This document shows, piece by piece, positions 41,992 to 42,392 of a stretch of DNA of 42,392 nucleotides. A program made the position numbers and the translations under genes. Origin of the DNA: an archaeon (GTDB taxonomy: Archaea; AGJL01; Methanococci; Methanococcales; Methanocaldococcaceae); the NCBI GenBank assembly GCA_024278985.1, contig JAJRSC010000018.1, positions 1-42,392 on the forward strand. Reading direction: 5' to 3'. The notes under the pieces were generated by a model. The model was given only the letters and a program-made list of their open reading frames with translations, was not told where the DNA came from and searched no databases. Position 1 is the stretch's first letter; every line of letters begins with the position of its first letter.

Positions 41992-42392
41992 CAAAACATA
42001 CATTTTAAATATTCAAGGTTTTTATTTGCCATAGGAACTGGATGGTCGAATGCTTGACCCCTATAATCAATTAAAAAAAGCTCTTTTTTTGCTCTAAAAG
42101 CTGATGAAAAAACAGTTTTTTTAAATAGCTCTCTGTCAATATGATGAGAGCAGGAACAGGTTATTAAAAATCTTTTTGCTAATTTTATTCCTAAATAATT
42201 TAAAGATGAATATCCTCTTAAAGCATTTTTTATATCATCCTCTGAACTTGTAAATGCTGGAGGGTCAAGGATAGAGATATCAAAGGATGTATTTTTATTT
42301 AAAAACTCTTCTAAGACAGAGAAGGCATTACCCTCTATAAATTCATATCTATCTTTAGGGATATTATTAAGTTCCATATTTTCCTCTGCCAA
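41964..42392 (-). CDS. RlmI-like SAM-dependent rRNA methyltransferase, 3' part (truncated by the window edge)
   Basis: FD..ILDPPAF, TCSCS, Q..DHP and YLK motifs. Confidence 0.85.
   Translation of the reverse strand: MAEENMELNNIPKDRYEFIEGNAFSVLEEFLNKNTSFDISILDPPAFTSSEDDIKNALRGYSSLNYLGIKLAKRFLITCSCSHHIDRELFKKTVFSSAFRAKKELFLIDYRGQAFDHPVPMANKNLEYLKCMFCNVRGSAEL

Overview
AT-rich archaeal chromosomal segment, most likely a motile hyperthermophilic Methanocaldococcus-type methanogen (inferred from GGTGA/GGAGG RBSs, cfbE and the gene content). It carries the archaellum operon (two flaB, flaC-J, then mscS), a separate cheF-cheY-cheC module, housekeeping genes (dapL, ilvE, purA, aRF1, hemL, metG, nurA, aIF2-gamma, pyrI, bioB, eno, pan, purS/purC), an RPA1/RPA2-like OB-fold pair and an intein-containing rtcB next to an MJ1316/UPF0248 gene. 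The main observations beyond the ORF track are: (1) a 4xCBS protein with a C-terminal HPF/RaiA-like domain, a candidate nucleotide-sensing ribosome hibernation factor; (2) two GC-rich islands that fold as H/ACA pseudouridylation guide RNAs, the two-hairpin one having pockets complementary to 23S rRNA around U2504 and U2554 (E. coli numbering); (3) broken frames or odd starts in flaC (A11 tract), purA (in-frame TAA) and signal peptidase I (no canonical start), any of which may be sequence errors; (4) a degenerating LAGLIDADG intein; (5) a cluster of palindromes in a 495-bp intergenic region. All family calls come from motif recognition and recall, not database searches.
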